A stretch of 64,000 nucleotides of DNA. Origin: Chitinophaga pinensis. GTDB taxonomy: Bacteria > Bacteroidota > Bacteroidia > Chitinophagales > Chitinophagaceae. Positions 47,094 through 58,045 of the stretch are shown here, piece after piece. The translations under genes were made by a program, and so were the position numbers. The notes under the pieces are model-generated. The model worked only from the letters and a program-made list of their open reading frames with translations. It was not told where the DNA came from and did no database searches. Location: NCBI GenBank assembly GCA_945876095.1, contig CAMCMP010000011.1, positions 44,448 to 108,447 of the forward strand, written 5' to 3'. Positions within the stretch are counted from its first letter, which is position 1, and each line of letters opens with the position of its first letter.

Positions 47094-48110
47094 ATGATTA
47101 TTGATCTAAGATCGGATACTTTCACCAAACCATCTCCTGCAATGCTTGAAGCAATGTTCACCGCCAAGGTGGGTGATGACGTGTTTGGTGAAGATCCAAC
47201 TGTTAACGATTTGGAATCATTAGCAGCCAATATGTTTAAAATGGAAGAGGCCTTATTTTGTCCAAGTGGAACCATGACCAATCAAATTGCCATCAAATGT
47301 CATACTCAACCGGGGCAGGAAATAATTTGCGAAAAATTGAGCCACGTTTACATTTATGAAGGGGGAGGAATTGCATTCAATAGCAGTTGCCAGGTTAAAA
47401 CAATGGAAGGTAATCAGGGTAGAATTACATCGAAAGATGTTTTAGCAGCCATCAATCCCGATGATATCCACAAAGCAAGCACTGGATTGGTTAGTTTAGA
47501 AAATACTGCCAATCGAGGTGGAGGAAGTTGCTATGACTTCGAAGAAATATTAAAAATCAAAGAATGCTGTTTAGAAAATAAACTACCACTTCATTTAGAT
47601 GGTGCAAGATTATGGAATGCAATGATAGCCAAGGGTGAAAATGCTAAACAGTATGGCGAGGTCTTTGATAGCATCTCCATTTGTTTGAGCAAGGGTTTGG
47701 GAACTCCAGTGGGCAGTTTGTTGTTAGGAAAAAAAGATTTTATCAAAAAAGCAAGAAGAATTCGCAAAGTCTTTGGAGGAGGTATGAGACAGGCAGGCTA
47801 TTTAGCCGCTGCTGGTATTTATGCTTTAGAAAATAATATCCAAAGATTGGAGCAAGATCATCGACATACCAAACAAATTGCTGCAGCTTTGTCCAAAAAA
47901 GATTTTGTAGGAACTATCCTACCTGTTGAAACCAATATTCTCATCTTTGAATTAAAAGGAAGGTTTACGGCCAAAAGTTTTGAAATGGAACTAGCACAAT
48001 TTGGTATTTACACCATTGCTATATCTCCTACTCAAATTAGAATGGTGACTCATTTAGATGTCACCGAGCAAATGATTACAGAACTTATTTCAATCATCGA
48101 AGCTCTTTGA
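47094..48110 (+). CDS. ltaE: low-specificity L-threonine aldolase (PLP-dependent)
   Basis: 338 aa. Supporting blocks are DLRSDTFTKPSPAML, GDDVFGEDPTVN and a SKGLG lysine motif. Confidence 0.82.
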   Translation: MIIDLRSDTFTKPSPAMLEAMFTAKVGDDVFGEDPTVNDLESLAANMFKMEEALFCPSGTMTNQIAIKCHTQPGQEIICEKLSHVYIYEGGGIAFNSSCQVKTMEGNQGRITSKDVLAAINPDDIHKASTGLVSLENTANRGGGSCYDFEEILKIKECCLENKLPLHLDGARLWNAMIAKGENAKQYGEVFDSISICLSKGLGTPVGSLLLGKKDFIKKARRIRKVFGGGMRQAGYLAAAGIYALENNIQRLEQDHRHTKQIAAALSKKDFVGTILPVETNILIFELKGRFTAKSFEMELAQFGIYTIAISPTQIRMVTHLDVTEQMITELISIIEAL

Positions 48111-48172
48111 TTGAAATAATCCTTTAGTTTATCAACATAATAATATAACATACACAACTCATTAATAAATTT

Positions 48173-49768
48173 ATGTTTCCAAAAATCAACCCTACTAATA
48201 CGAAAGCATGGAATGAATTAAAAGTTCATTTTGAAGAGATGAAGGACGTTCACATGAAAAATCTCTTTGCAAATGATATCAATAGATTCGATAGCTATTC
48301 AATTAAAACGGATCAATTGTTGTTTGATTTTTCAAAAAACATCATTACAGAAAAAACATTTCAACTTCTCCAACAGCTTGCTGTTGAATGTAACCTTCCA
48401 GAAGCAATCAAAGCAATGTTTGCAGGAGAAAGAATCAATGATTCCGAAAAAAGAGCGGTACTTCATACTGCACTAAGGAATTTCTCCAACACTCCCGTTT
48501 TATTTGATGGCAACGATGTAATGCCCGAAGTGAAATCAGTGTTACAGCAGATGAAAAATTTTTGTCAAAAAATACACTCTGGAGAATGGAAAGGCTACAG
48601 CGGAAAAAGAATTAAATACATAGTTAATATTGGCATAGGCGGAAGTGATCTTGGACCAGTAATGGTAACCGAGGCATTGAAGCCTTATTGGGTAGAGGGT
48701 ATTCAAACTTTTTTTGTAAGTAATGTAGACGGTACACATATTGCGGAAACCCTAAAGCGAGTAAATGCTGAAGAAACCATTTTTCTTATTGCTTCAAAAA
48801 CCTTTACTACCCTTGAAACGATGACCAATGCTCATTCAGCAAGGGAATGGTTTTTACGACATGCAGGGCAAGAATCATATATCCCCCTTCATTTTGCTGC
48901 TCTAAGTACCAATGAAACTGCTGTAGTGAAATTTGGAATTGCACCTGAAAACATGTTTGTTTTTTGGGATTGGGTAGGTGGAAGATATAGTTTGTGGAGT
49001 GCAATTGGATTGTCTATTGCATTAACCATTGGCTACAATAATTTTGAAGAGCTTCTGAAAGGAGCACATGATGCAGATCTTCATTTTTCAAATAATTCAT
49101 ACGATAAAAACATTCCTGTTATCATGGCTTTGTTAGGAATATGGTATGGAAATTTTTATGGAGCTAGTTCTGAAGCTATCTTGCCATACGATCAATACCT
49201 TCATCGATTTGCTGCTTATTTTCAACAAGGTAATATGGAAAGTAATGGTAAATATGTAGATCGAAATGAAAAGGAAGTGAGTTACCCAACTGGTCCAGTA
49301 ATTTGGGGAGAACCGGGCACCAATGGCCAACATGCTTTCTATCAATTGCTTCATCAAGGAACCCAGATGATTCCTTGCGATTTTATAGCACCTGCTATCT
49401 CACACAATCCTTTAGGCGAACATCACACCATACTAATGAGTAATTTCTTTGCTCAAACAGAAGCTTTAATGAATGGCACTGATCATGAAAATCCATTCAG
49501 AGTATTTAAAGGAAACCGACCAAGTAATTCTTTCTTACTTAATAAAATTTCTCCATTTACATTAGGTAACCTTATCGCATTTTATGAACACAAAATTTTT
49601 GTTCAAGGTGTGGTTTGGAATATTTATAGTTTTGACCAATGGGGTGTTGAATTGGGAAAAGTATTAGCCAACAAAATATTACCAGAACTTAAAACGGATA
49701 AAATTATTGATTCTCATGATTCATCTACCAATGGTTTGGTGAATACATATAAAAAAATGAGAAAATAA
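48173..49768 (+). CDS. pgi: glucose-6-phosphate isomerase
   Basis: 531 aa. Supporting blocks are [35 protein letters not shown] and QGNMESNGK. Confidence 0.95.
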   Translation: MFPKINPTNTKAWNELKVHFEEMKDVHMKNLFANDINRFDSYSIKTDQLLFDFSKNIITEKTFQLLQQLAVECNLPEAIKAMFAGERINDSEKRAVLHTALRNFSNTPVLFDGNDVMPEVKSVLQQMKNFCQKIHSGEWKGYSGKRIKYIVNIGIGGSDLGPVMVTEALKPYWVEGIQTFFVSNVDGTHIAETLKRVNAEETIFLIASKTFTTLETMTNAHSAREWFLRHAGQESYIPLHFAALSTNETAVVKFGIAPENMFVFWDWVGGRYSLWSAIGLSIALTIGYNNFEELLKGAHDADLHFSNNSYDKNIPVIMALLGIWYGNFYGASSEAILPYDQYLHRFAAYFQQGNMESNGKYVDRNEKEVSYPTGPVIWGEPGTNGQHAFYQLLHQGTQMIPCDFIAPAISHNPLGEHHTILMSNFFAQTEALMNGTDHENPFRVFKGNRPSNSFLLNKISPFTLGNLIAFYEHKIFVQGVVWNIYSFDQWGVELGKVLANKILPELKTDKIIDSHDSSTNGLVNTYKKMRK

Positions 49769-49844
49769 TATTAATTGTATTTTGTATCCGCCACAAAATT
49801 TTAAAATATCGCTTACTACATTTAAAAATTAGTAAGATTTGTCC

Positions 49845-49852
49845 TACTTTTG
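49845..49852 (+). promoter_or_regulatory. candidate Bacteroidota -7 promoter box (TACTTTTG)
   Basis: An exact TAnnTTTG match 18 nt upstream of the ATG at 49870. Confidence 0.3.
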
Positions 49853-49869
49853 CAAAAATTATTATTACA

Positions 49870-50025
49870 ATGGAAAATACAAAGAAATCTACCGGCTTAT
49901 ATTGGGCATTATTTTTTGCATCTTTAGTTGCATCTGTTTTTGTTTATAAAGTTGGGGGCGGTTACTGTTCCATGGTTCTTCCCTTTAATGTAACTTTTTT
50001 TGCAAAGGCCATGGATTTAATGTAA
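49870..50025 (+). CDS. possible small membrane protein (51 aa)
   Basis: My own translation gives MENTKKSTGLYWALFFASLVASVFVYKVGGGYCSMVLPFNVTFFAKAMDLM*, with one clear TM helix. It is preceded by a -7-like box and falls below the ORF-track length cutoff. Confidence 0.35.
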   Translation: MENTKKSTGLYWALFFASLVASVFVYKVGGGYCSMVLPFNVTFFAKAMDLM

Positions 50026-50044
50026 TTCATTCTTTTTTTTACCA

Positions 50045-50806
50045 CTATTTTAAACTATTGATAATAGCTGAAAACTCAGCTGATACCAATGAGGCTCCGC
50101 CTACTAAACCTCCGTCTACATCAGGTTGGCCAAATATTTCTTTAGCGTTAGCAGCTTTCACACTTCCGCCATATAGGATAGAAATAGTATTAGCTACTTC
50201 AATGCCGTATTTTGCAGACAATACATTTCTAATATGGGCATGCATTTCTTGTGCTTGGTCACTAGTGGCAGTTTTGCCAGTACCAATAGCCCAAATTGGC
50301 TCATAAGCAATAACAAAACCATTCAATTGATCAGCAGATAAATGAAAAAGGCTTTCCTTTAACTGATTTTCAACATAGCTATTTTGAGTACCTGCTTCAC
50401 GTATTTGCAATGCCTCACCACAACAAAAAATTGGTTTTAAACCCGCTTCAAAACAAATATTCACTTTTTCAGCAAGCACAGAATTAGATTCATTAAAATA
50501 TTCTCTACGCTCACTATGTCCAATAATAACATAGGGCACTTTGATACTTTTAAGCATTTCAACACTCACTTCTCCAGTGTAGGCACCTGAAGCCTTATTT
50601 GAGCAATTTTGTGCTGCCAATGAAAACTGATTTTTACCAGCAATCTTTTGGTTAATATTCATCAAATAAGGAAAGGGAACACCAAAAACTGCTTCCTGAT
50701 TTGGAGTTAGTTCTATAGAACTTGCCAATAACTCAGTTATTAAAGTTTCTGCCTTCTCAAGGCTTAAATTCATTTTCCAGTTTGCTGCTGCGATTTGTTT
50801 TCTCAT
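50045..50806 (-). CDS. tpiA: triosephosphate isomerase
   Basis: Supporting blocks are AANWKMN, IIGHSERR, AYEPIWAIGTGKTA and ILYGGSV. Confidence 0.95.
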   Translation of the reverse strand: MRKQIAAANWKMNLSLEKAETLITELLASSIELTPNQEAVFGVPFPYLMNINQKIAGKNQFSLAAQNCSNKASGAYTGEVSVEMLKSIKVPYVIIGHSERREYFNESNSVLAEKVNICFEAGLKPIFCCGEALQIREAGTQNSYVENQLKESLFHLSADQLNGFVIAYEPIWAIGTGKTATSDQAQEMHAHIRNVLSAKYGIEVANTISILYGGSVKAANAKEIFGQPDVDGGLVGGASLVSAEFSAIINSLK

Positions 50807-50815
50807 TTTATGTAT

Positions 50816-51880
50816 TTAAAGTTGCGAATAAAGTAGTTCTAAAATCCCAGTCTCCTGTTCTGTTAGTTTTGATCCTTTCAGTTTTTTCCAATTATTAATA
50901 TCAACCAACACTTTTTCAAAAATATACCTTTCTTTTCCCCAAGTAAAATTACTTACTATTTTGGGAGGAAAATTATCTCCAAAAATATGGCAACACAAGC
51001 CAACCACCGAACCTGTATTAAAAGAGGTATTAATTGCAGACCTGCTATAATCACCCATTAAAAGTCCACACTTATCGCCAACTGTGACATATTCATTGGC
51101 AGCATTGAACCATACTTTGACCTGTCCTGCTGTATTTTTTAGATTTGAATTGGAAGTACCAGCTCCTAAATTACACCAAGATCCAATTACACTATCACCT
51201 AGATAACCATCGTGTGCTTTATTACTATGATCAAATAGCACTGAGTTTTTAATTTCTCCTGCTACTACACAATAAGGACCAATAGTAGTAGCTCCATAAA
51301 CCTTTGTTCCCATTTTCAGAACTGCACCTTCACACAAAGCAAATGGGCCACGAACCATACAGCCTTCCATTATCTCAGCATTTTTACCAATGTAAATAGG
51401 ACCAGTAGATGCATTTAAAATAGCATTTTCAACCACTGCACCTTCTTCTATGAATACATTTTCACTACCTATAACACGATTAGAGGGGGAAATAGGTTGA
51501 GATAGCCTCCCATTAGTGATCATTTCAAAATCTTTACGAATTGCCCAATCATTGTATTGAAAAATTTGCCAAGGATAGCTTAATACTCTGATTGTATCGT
51601 CCTCTACAATCTTATTTTTAGCAACCGGAAATTGTAGACCATTCAGCCAAGCTAAAGAAGGAATTAAATTGGCGTCAAAAATTTTGATGGTACTACTATC
51701 AATAGGGATTTTCTCTAAAAAATACGATCCGCTATTCATTTCAACTTGAAAGCGATTTAAATAAGTCCACTTTTCTCTGATTGTTAAAATACCAATTCTA
51801 ATATCCGCAGAATGACGATTGGCCGAAAAAGGGTACAATGCCTGCTTTACTTTGGTATCATCCAGTAGTATTTTCACCAT
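50816..51880 (-). CDS. GlmU-family putative sugar nucleotidyl/acyl-transferase with left-handed beta-helix
   Basis: 354 aa. The N-terminal LYPFSANRHSADIRIGILTIREKW block fits the 'alternative bacterial GlmU' family as I recall it. Hexapeptide repeats occupy the C-terminal half. Confidence 0.7.
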   Translation of the reverse strand: MVKILLDDTKVKQALYPFSANRHSADIRIGILTIREKWTYLNRFQVEMNSGSYFLEKIPIDSSTIKIFDANLIPSLAWLNGLQFPVAKNKIVEDDTIRVLSYPWQIFQYNDWAIRKDFEMITNGRLSQPISPSNRVIGSENVFIEEGAVVENAILNASTGPIYIGKNAEIMEGCMVRGPFALCEGAVLKMGTKVYGATTIGPYCVVAGEIKNSVLFDHSNKAHDGYLGDSVIGSWCNLGAGTSNSNLKNTAGQVKVWFNAANEYVTVGDKCGLLMGDYSRSAINTSFNTGSVVGLCCHIFGDNFPPKIVSNFTWGKERYIFEKVLVDINNWKKLKGSKLTEQETGILELLYSQL

Positions 51881-51954
51881 TCAAAATTAATAAAATAAAA
51901 ATGAAATCATTTATTGAGTGGTTGGATTAAACTATTATGTAGCACTAATAAAAA

Positions 51955-51976
51955 TCCCCCCGGAAAACCGAAGGGA
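51955..51976 (-). terminator. rho-independent terminator downstream of rpmE2
   Basis: The minus strand reads tcccttcgg-tttt-ccgggggga followed by tttttatt. The stem includes G-U pairs. Confidence 0.5.
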
Positions 51977-52017
51977 AATAAATTATGGAATCAAAAAGTA
52001 CAATTAGGAACTCAATA

Positions 52018-52275
52018 TTAAAGCCCTGCTTTCTTTTCGTAACGCTTTTTAAATTTATCAATACGACCTGCAGTATCAACCAATAAATTCTTACCAGTGT
52101 AAAAAGGATGTGAAGTATTGGAAATCTCCAATTTAATTACAGGATATTCATTTCCGTCATCGTGTTTCACAGTTTCATTAGAGTTAGCAGTTGAACGACT
52201 TAGAAAAGTAGTACCATTACTCATGTCTTTGAAAATCACAAAACGATAATTCTTTGGATGCAAATCTTTTTTCAT
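52018..52275 (-). CDS. rpmE2: 50S ribosomal protein L31, type B
   Basis: 85 aa. It starts [21 protein letters not shown], lacks the CxxC zinc motif, and contains HPFYTGK. Confidence 0.9.
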   Translation of the reverse strand: MKKDLHPKNYRFVIFKDMSNGTTFLSRSTANSNETVKHDDGNEYPVIKLEISNTSHPFYTGKNLLVDTAGRIDKFKKRYEKKAGL

Positions 52276-52378
52276 AATTATAAAAGTTTGTGCATGGGTT
52301 TTGCCATGCTATTTTTTAAGATTGCAAATGTAGACCAATTAAATTAATTAACCAAAATACATGCATAAGTAAAGAGAA

Positions 52379-52870
52379 TTAGCTCTTCATATTAGTTTGC
52401 TGCAGGGCAATTCCAATATTCCAGCTTTTAGATTCTTGAATTACGTCTTGTAAATCATCAATTTTTTTGCCTGTCACCCGTATAATGTCGTCCATTATGG
52501 CTACTTGAACTTTTAGTCCACTATCCTTGATTAATTTCACAATTTTCTTTGCATCTTCTTGTTTGATACCGTTTCTGACAATCACTTCTTTTTTAACTAC
52601 TTTACCACTTTGATGGGCTTCCTTGCTCAAGTCATAAATCTCAGCAGCCAAGCCTTGCTTCATGCTTCTACTGATTAGCACATCTGTAATTTGGGTAAGC
52701 TTCATTTCGCTGTCTGCTTCCAAATTTACCTTAAAATCCTTTTTATTAAGTTCTATTACAACATGAGAACCCTTAAAATCGAAACGATTCGTTATTTCCT
52801 TACTAACGATATTGATCGCGTTATCAAGTGTTTGTAAATCAACCTTACTGGCAAAGTCAAAAGATGGCAT
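52379..52870 (-). CDS. yajQ: YajQ-family nucleotide-binding protein (UPF0234)
   Basis: 163 aa. The start MPSFDFASKVDLQTLDNAINIVSKEITNRFDFKGS is the YajQ N-terminal signature. Confidence 0.88.
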   Translation of the reverse strand: MPSFDFASKVDLQTLDNAINIVSKEITNRFDFKGSHVVIELNKKDFKVNLEADSEMKLTQITDVLISRSMKQGLAAEIYDLSKEAHQSGKVVKKEVIVRNGIKQEDAKKIVKLIKDSGLKVQVAIMDDIIRVTGKKIDDLQDVIQESKSWNIGIALQQTNMKS

Positions 52871-52987
52871 AGAAAAAATATTAGTTATTAAACAGATACA
52901 AATATAAAAAAACCTATTAAAAAATCAGTCAGATTATTTTAGTAATTATTATCATTCAAAATCTAATTACAGAACTGGTAGACAAAA

Positions 52988-54358
52988 TTACAACTCATTA
53001 TTAGAAGCCTTCAGCTGAACTTTTAAAAGAATAAACAATCCAAATAAGATCAAACAAAAAGAAATAATTTCAGCCTGACTGGGATGAATACCCCAAAAAT
53101 GATACTGATTATTTACTCTAACTTTTTCTACAATAAACCTTTCTAATCCATTGAAAATGAAATAAATACCAGAAATAGTTCCAGCAGTTTTAATTCGTTT
53201 TCTAAATATCCACATAACTAAAAATAAAAAGCTACAAATGACTGTTTCATAAAAAGGAGTTGGAAAGACGGGAATTGGCAGTACCCTATTGTGATCTTCA
53301 TTATTGCCTGGAATTAAAATTCCATCATCATTAACATTTTGAGGGTAATTATAAGCTACCATCCAAGTAGGAATAAAAGAATAAGCTTTTAGCTCAATAC
53401 GAGAAACAAGTTCAAGGCTGGGGCTTTTCCTATCAGTTACGTAGGTAAGGGTATTTTTACCAGGATCTAGCACCCTACCCTCCAAAAAGTAGGTCTTATG
53501 TAGTGCTAACTGAGCTTCAAATGCTCCCTTTTGAGCAGGTACTACTTTTCCACTGCTATCAGTTATATAAGCGCTGTTATATACTCCCCAGTCGCCATCT
53601 CCAGATAATTGGCAACCAATACGACCTACCGCATAGCCTAGTAACAATGCAATAGTTATAGAATCAACGAGATGAATTAGCTTAATGCCCTTTTTATAAG
53701 CAAAAACGCATATAGCTACGCCTGCACAAATTAAGCCTCCATAAAAGGTTAAACCTCCTGCTGAAAAGATTCTTTCAATCGGATTGGCTATAAAATCATC
53801 CCAATTTTCAAGATTATCAAAAATTTTTGCCCCTATAATTCCAAAAATTAAAGCTAAAATTACCATATCACCTACCCTATCATGAGGCCAAATACGAATG
53901 CTTCTTTTTTCAGGAGTTTTTAATTTTTGCTTATCCTTTTCCCACCACTTTAATCCAGTAAGTAAGATGGCAAGTAAGAAACCGCCAACAATACTACCGT
54001 CTGAAGAAAATATGTAGGTTTGGGGGCTAATTTCAGCAGGTTTATTAAATATTAAACCTAAAAATTTAAAACCAAAGCCAAAGCCAACTATAAAATTGAT
54101 CAATAAATCATAAATGGAAGCTGGTTTACCAATAGTAATAAATTCCTCCCTTGGAAATAGAAGTCCTTGTTTCTCCTTTCTTTTAAGCTCGCTATTGATT
54201 ACCACTGCTGCAACAATAAAACAAAGGGCAACAAACAAGCCGAATGTGTTTAAAATTTTAAGTAATTCCCACTCTACACCAAAAAAGTCTTTAAATATGT
54301 AATATAAATTAGGATACATTATAATAAGATTTTGAAAAACATGCTGCAATATATTCAA
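52988..54358 (-). CDS. lgt: prolipoprotein diacylglyceryl transferase, long form
   Basis: Supporting blocks are GGLTFYGGLI and GYAVGRIGCQLSGDGDWG. The likely start is Met14 (~54319, MYPNLYYIF). It is about 160 aa longer than classic Lgt. Confidence 0.85.
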   Translation of the reverse strand: MNILQHVFQNLIIMYPNLYYIFKDFFGVEWELLKILNTFGLFVALCFIVAAVVINSELKRKEKQGLLFPREEFITIGKPASIYDLLINFIVGFGFGFKFLGLIFNKPAEISPQTYIFSSDGSIVGGFLLAILLTGLKWWEKDKQKLKTPEKRSIRIWPHDRVGDMVILALIFGIIGAKIFDNLENWDDFIANPIERIFSAGGLTFYGGLICAGVAICVFAYKKGIKLIHLVDSITIALLLGYAVGRIGCQLSGDGDWGVYNSAYITDSSGKVVPAQKGAFEAQLALHKTYFLEGRVLDPGKNTLTYVTDRKSPSLELVSRIELKAYSFIPTWMVAYNYPQNVNDDGILIPGNNEDHNRVLPIPVFPTPFYETVICSFLFLVMWIFRKRIKTAGTISGIYFIFNGLERFIVEKVRVNNQYHFWGIHPSQAEIISFCLILFGLFILLKVQLKASNNEL

Positions 54359-54457
54359 ATATACCGATTTAACGCTGAAATGACATTAAGAGTAAAGCTG
54401 TTAAATTGTGGAATTTTGGGTATAAAATATACTGAATTAGGCATTCGCTGAAATGAA

Positions 54458-54484
54458 AATCCTGCAGTTGATGACTGCAGGATT
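54458..54484 (-). terminator. rho-independent terminator downstream of the bacilliredoxin gene
   Basis: A perfect 10-bp stem, AATCCTGCAG / CTGCAGGATT, with a 7-nt loop. On the minus strand it is followed by TTTCATTTC. Confidence 0.65.
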
Positions 54485-54504
54485 TACTTGATTTCCTTGG
54501 AAAA

Positions 54505-54921
54505 TTAGTTGCAATGCTGCTCAAAAGCCCCAATCAGGTTTTCAGCTATCATCTGAGCACTTCTTCCTTCAATATTATGTCTCTCAATAAAATGAACCAA
54601 TTGGCCATTTTTAAATAAAGCAATTGATGGAGATGAAGGAGGATAAGGCAAAAGATGTTCTCTAATCTTTTTAACAGCATCTACGTCAAAGCCTGCAAAA
54701 CTAGTAGTAAGTAAATTAGGCCTCTTTTCACTATTGTGAACAGCCATTAAAACACCCGGTCGTGCAGTACCTGCACTACAACCACAAACTGAATTTATCA
54801 CTACTAAAGTAGTTCCTTCAGTAGCAATTTTTTCATCTACTTCAGAAGCGGTCAACATTTCTGCAAAACCATTTTCTGTTAACTCCTCTTTCATTGGAAC
54901 GACAATTTCTGCTGGATACAT
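54505..54921 (-). CDS. bacilliredoxin (BrxA/BrxB, YphP/YqiW family)
   Basis: 138 aa. It contains MYPAEIVVPMKEELTENGF and the NSVCGCSAGTARPG redox motif. Confidence 0.85.
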   Translation of the reverse strand: MYPAEIVVPMKEELTENGFAEMLTASEVDEKIATEGTTLVVINSVCGCSAGTARPGVLMAVHNSEKRPNLLTTSFAGFDVDAVKKIREHLLPYPPSSPSIALFKNGQLVHFIERHNIEGRSAQMIAENLIGAFEQHCN

Positions 54922-55135
54922 ATAATAATTTTTTTTAGTAGAAATACAAATTTACACACTTGAATCCAATTAATAACCGAACAGATTGATTTATAAATAA
55001 AAATTAAACTTTTAGTAAAAATTAAATTGGTTAATTTCCAATTAAAAAGTTAAATATTTGCAGATTCTTTTAATGAGTAGTTATTTATTATATTAAAAAC
55101 TAGTAATTTTATTAAATCTGATTATAAAATATAAC

Positions 55136-56395
55136 ATGGGTATTAAAAAAAGTATAATTGCATCTCTATTTTTGATTTTTTCTATTGGTTCGAAAGCACA
55201 AATTTTAATAGATTCAACTATCAAGGAGGTTATTAATACAGATACCATTTTGAGGATTAAAAATATCAATCCTTACTTCACCCTGCACGTTGATTCCACC
55301 TTAAGTTATGATTTTGAAATAAATAAGGAAGACCTTTCCAAATATTACTGGTATTTAAAAAATTCTCCTGTTGGTGTAAAAATTAATAGAGAAACGGGCT
55401 TGTTAACTTTTAAAGCGGATAAGTCATTTTTTCTTTCTGGTAAATTAAAATATGATTACGAGTATAAAGTAAAAATTGGAATCCAAAATTTAAACAATCC
55501 ACTCGAGCATGTTGACACTTCTTTTAGCCTTTTATTTTTCAATACAGAGATTATACCTTCAGTAATTAAGCCTACTGTAACCAATGTAGTTTATGCTGAT
55601 GAGGGCGATACAATTAATTTTAGACTACAATGTGATGATGGAAGTTTCCCTATTGATGAAATTACCTATTTCAGTAACTATCCTGCTAAATCTATTACCA
55701 GCGTAACCAAATGTAATGATGAGTATACTTGGTTTATCCCCTTCGATTTTATCAAAGACAATGATAAGGAGAAGCTGAAAATGCTTGAATTGTATTTTGT
55801 TGGGATAACTAAATTTAATATTAGAGATACTACCACCATTAAGATTTATGTTAAAGACAATATCAACTATCCACAAAGAGTGATTGAATATGATGAACTT
55901 AGAAAACAAGTGGAGAATTACATTGTTCAATTGAAAAGTAGTTTTAAGCTGACAGATGAAAAAATTAAAAAAACAAAAAAGAATAGAACAGCATTTGACT
56001 TAGGTTCTGCTGCTACAGGTTTGGGGGGAACTGTTTTTTCATCACTTCCTAATGTTGACCAAAAAACAGTAGGGAAAATTTTACCCAGCATTGGTGTCGC
56101 ATTGGTTCCTGTAAAAGAGGCAACCGCACCGAATGTAACTTCTGATCAAAATACTGCATTGATGATTAGAAATAGTATCAAAAGGTTAGAATACCTTTTA
56201 AAAGACAACCCGCTTGTTGGTGATCGAGATCCAGAGATTTTACAAAAGGATAAAAAAATAAAGGATGAAATTAAACAGATGCAAATTCAATTAATTGATA
56301 TTCCTTTTTCAGATGAAAAATTGAATAGTAAGAAATTAGATGAATACTTTAACAACCCTAAGGTTAACAAAAAATATAGAGTCAAAAAGAAATAA
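55136..56395 (+). CDS. hypothetical secreted protein (419 aa)
   Basis: ORF track. It has a signal peptide (IIASLFLIFSIGSKAQ) and a Lys-rich C-terminus. I recognise no family. Confidence 0.6.
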   Translation: MGIKKSIIASLFLIFSIGSKAQILIDSTIKEVINTDTILRIKNINPYFTLHVDSTLSYDFEINKEDLSKYYWYLKNSPVGVKINRETGLLTFKADKSFFLSGKLKYDYEYKVKIGIQNLNNPLEHVDTSFSLLFFNTEIIPSVIKPTVTNVVYADEGDTINFRLQCDDGSFPIDEITYFSNYPAKSITSVTKCNDEYTWFIPFDFIKDNDKEKLKMLELYFVGITKFNIRDTTTIKIYVKDNINYPQRVIEYDELRKQVENYIVQLKSSFKLTDEKIKKTKKNRTAFDLGSAATGLGGTVFSSLPNVDQKTVGKILPSIGVALVPVKEATAPNVTSDQNTALMIRNSIKRLEYLLKDNPLVGDRDPEILQKDKKIKDEIKQMQIQLIDIPFSDEKLNSKKLDEYFNNPKVNKKYRVKKK

Positions 56396-56441
56396 ATACA
56401 ATTTTTCAAATTGATTCTACTTAAATATTTTTCAATTAAAA

Positions 56442-56465
56442 AAGGATGGCTCCAAAGCCATCCTT
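56442..56465. terminator. bidirectional rho-independent terminator
   Basis: A perfect 10-bp stem, AAGGATGGCT-ccaa-AGCCATCCTT, flanked by an A-run and T-rich sequence. It lies between convergent genes. Confidence 0.8.
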
Positions 56466-56486
56466 TTCCTTTCTATTAAAATAAAT

Positions 56487-57887
56487 TTAATATCCTAAAA
56501 TCTTCAACATACTTTGAGCGGTCTGTTCCTTAGCATATACCCAATCTACTAATTTTCCATTTTTATCATGTCCCAAAATAATATGCTTTGGAGAAGGAAT
56601 TAAGCAATGTTTAATTCCTCCATAACCACTAATTTGATCCTGGTAGGCACCTGTGTGAAAAAAACCTACATACAAAGGTTCTCCATTGGTGAGCTTAGGA
56701 AGAAAAACTTCATTGATATGTTCTTCTGAATCATAATAATCATGGCTATCACAGGTAATACCACCAAGGGTTACACGTTGATATTCTTCTTTCCATTTAT
56801 TAATTGGCAACATCAAAAACTTTTCTCCAATTCCCCAAGTATCAGGTAAAGTAGTAATAAATGAAGAGTCGATCATGTACCATATTTCGCGATCATTCTG
56901 CATTTTTTCACCAATCACGCTATAGATATGCGCCATACTCTCTCCCACCGTATAACTTCCAAACTCAGTAAAAATATTAGGCATTTTAACCTTATTTCTT
57001 TTACAGGCAACTTTTATATTTCTTACAATTTCATTAATCATAAACTGGTAATCATAATCAAAACCCAGAGAATGCTTAATTGGAAAGCCTCCACCAATAT
57101 TGATAGAATCCAGCTCGGGACAGATTTTTTTTAACTGACAGTAAAGATTGATTACTTTATTTAATTCACTCCAATAATAGATATCGTCCTTAATACCTTT
57201 GTTCAAAAAAATATGTAGCATTTTTAATTGATACTTATGCTCCATCCCTTCAATTTCATCTACATAAAATTCTAATACATCCTTAGCCCTCATTCCTAAT
57301 CTAGAGGTGTAAAAAGGAAAATTAGGTTCTTCTTCAGCAGCTACTCTAATACCTAATTTAAAAGGTGTCTTCACTGATTTATAAGCCTTTAACTCTTCTT
57401 TATTGTCTAATATGGGTATTACATTTTTAAAACCACTGTTTAATAATCTTGAAATTCTTGTTGTGTAAGGTTTTTGTTTATAGCCATTACAGATAATAAA
57501 AGTGTCCTTGTTAATCTTCCTTCTTGCATATAATTTATTAACGATATCGATATCATAAGCATAGGAAGTTTCCAAATGAATATCATTTTTTAAAGCCTCT
57601 TCCACAATAAATGAAAAATGGGAGCTCTTTGTGCAATAACAATAATTGTATTTACCCTCATATTTATGCTTTTTGAAAGCATTGGCAAACATCTCTTTTG
57701 CTTTTTTTATTTGTTTACCAATTTTAGGTAAATAAGTAAGTTTTAGCGGGGTACCGTATTTATCTATTAATGCCTTTATATCTTGTCCATTATATTGTAA
57801 ATACTCATCTACAACTTTAAAGTCTTCTTGAGGAAAATTAAAAGTCTGGTCTACCAAATCGGCATAAGTATTATTCATGTTATTCAT
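56487..57887 (-). CDS. speA: arginine decarboxylase (Orn/DAP/Arg decarboxylase family 2, PLP-dependent)
   Basis: 466 aa with the alanine-racemase-fold N-terminal pattern (YCYCTKSSH Lys site). The GGGFPI and GGITCDSHD motifs resemble the short Bacteroidota SpeA. Confidence 0.7.
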   Translation of the reverse strand: MNNMNNTYADLVDQTFNFPQEDFKVVDEYLQYNGQDIKALIDKYGTPLKLTYLPKIGKQIKKAKEMFANAFKKHKYEGKYNYCYCTKSSHFSFIVEEALKNDIHLETSYAYDIDIVNKLYARRKINKDTFIICNGYKQKPYTTRISRLLNSGFKNVIPILDNKEELKAYKSVKTPFKLGIRVAAEEEPNFPFYTSRLGMRAKDVLEFYVDEIEGMEHKYQLKMLHIFLNKGIKDDIYYWSELNKVINLYCQLKKICPELDSINIGGGFPIKHSLGFDYDYQFMINEIVRNIKVACKRNKVKMPNIFTEFGSYTVGESMAHIYSVIGEKMQNDREIWYMIDSSFITTLPDTWGIGEKFLMLPINKWKEEYQRVTLGGITCDSHDYYDSEEHINEVFLPKLTNGEPLYVGFFHTGAYQDQISGYGGIKHCLIPSPKHIILGHDKNGKLVDWVYAKEQTAQSMLKILGY

Positions 57888-57950
57888 CTCCGTAAATGGG
57901 TTTAAATTTTAAGCAAATGTAATTCAATGACATATTTAATAAATAAAAAA

Positions 57951-57973
57951 CGGGTGCAACATTGTTACACCCG
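57951..57973 (-). terminator. rho-independent terminator of rpmI-rplT
   Basis: CGGGTGCAACA / TGTTACACCCG forms the stem with 1 mismatch. A T-run follows on the minus strand. Confidence 0.7.
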
Positions 57974-58045
57974 GTAGGTATTTTTATAGTTTGTAATTAA
58001 TAAGGTGAATGCTGAATTGGTCCAAGCTACTCATTTCCTCAATAA

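Noticed and set aside
47063-47281. 72-aa minus-strand ORF
   Set aside because: It is antisense to the 5' end of ltaE, which has strong family motifs.
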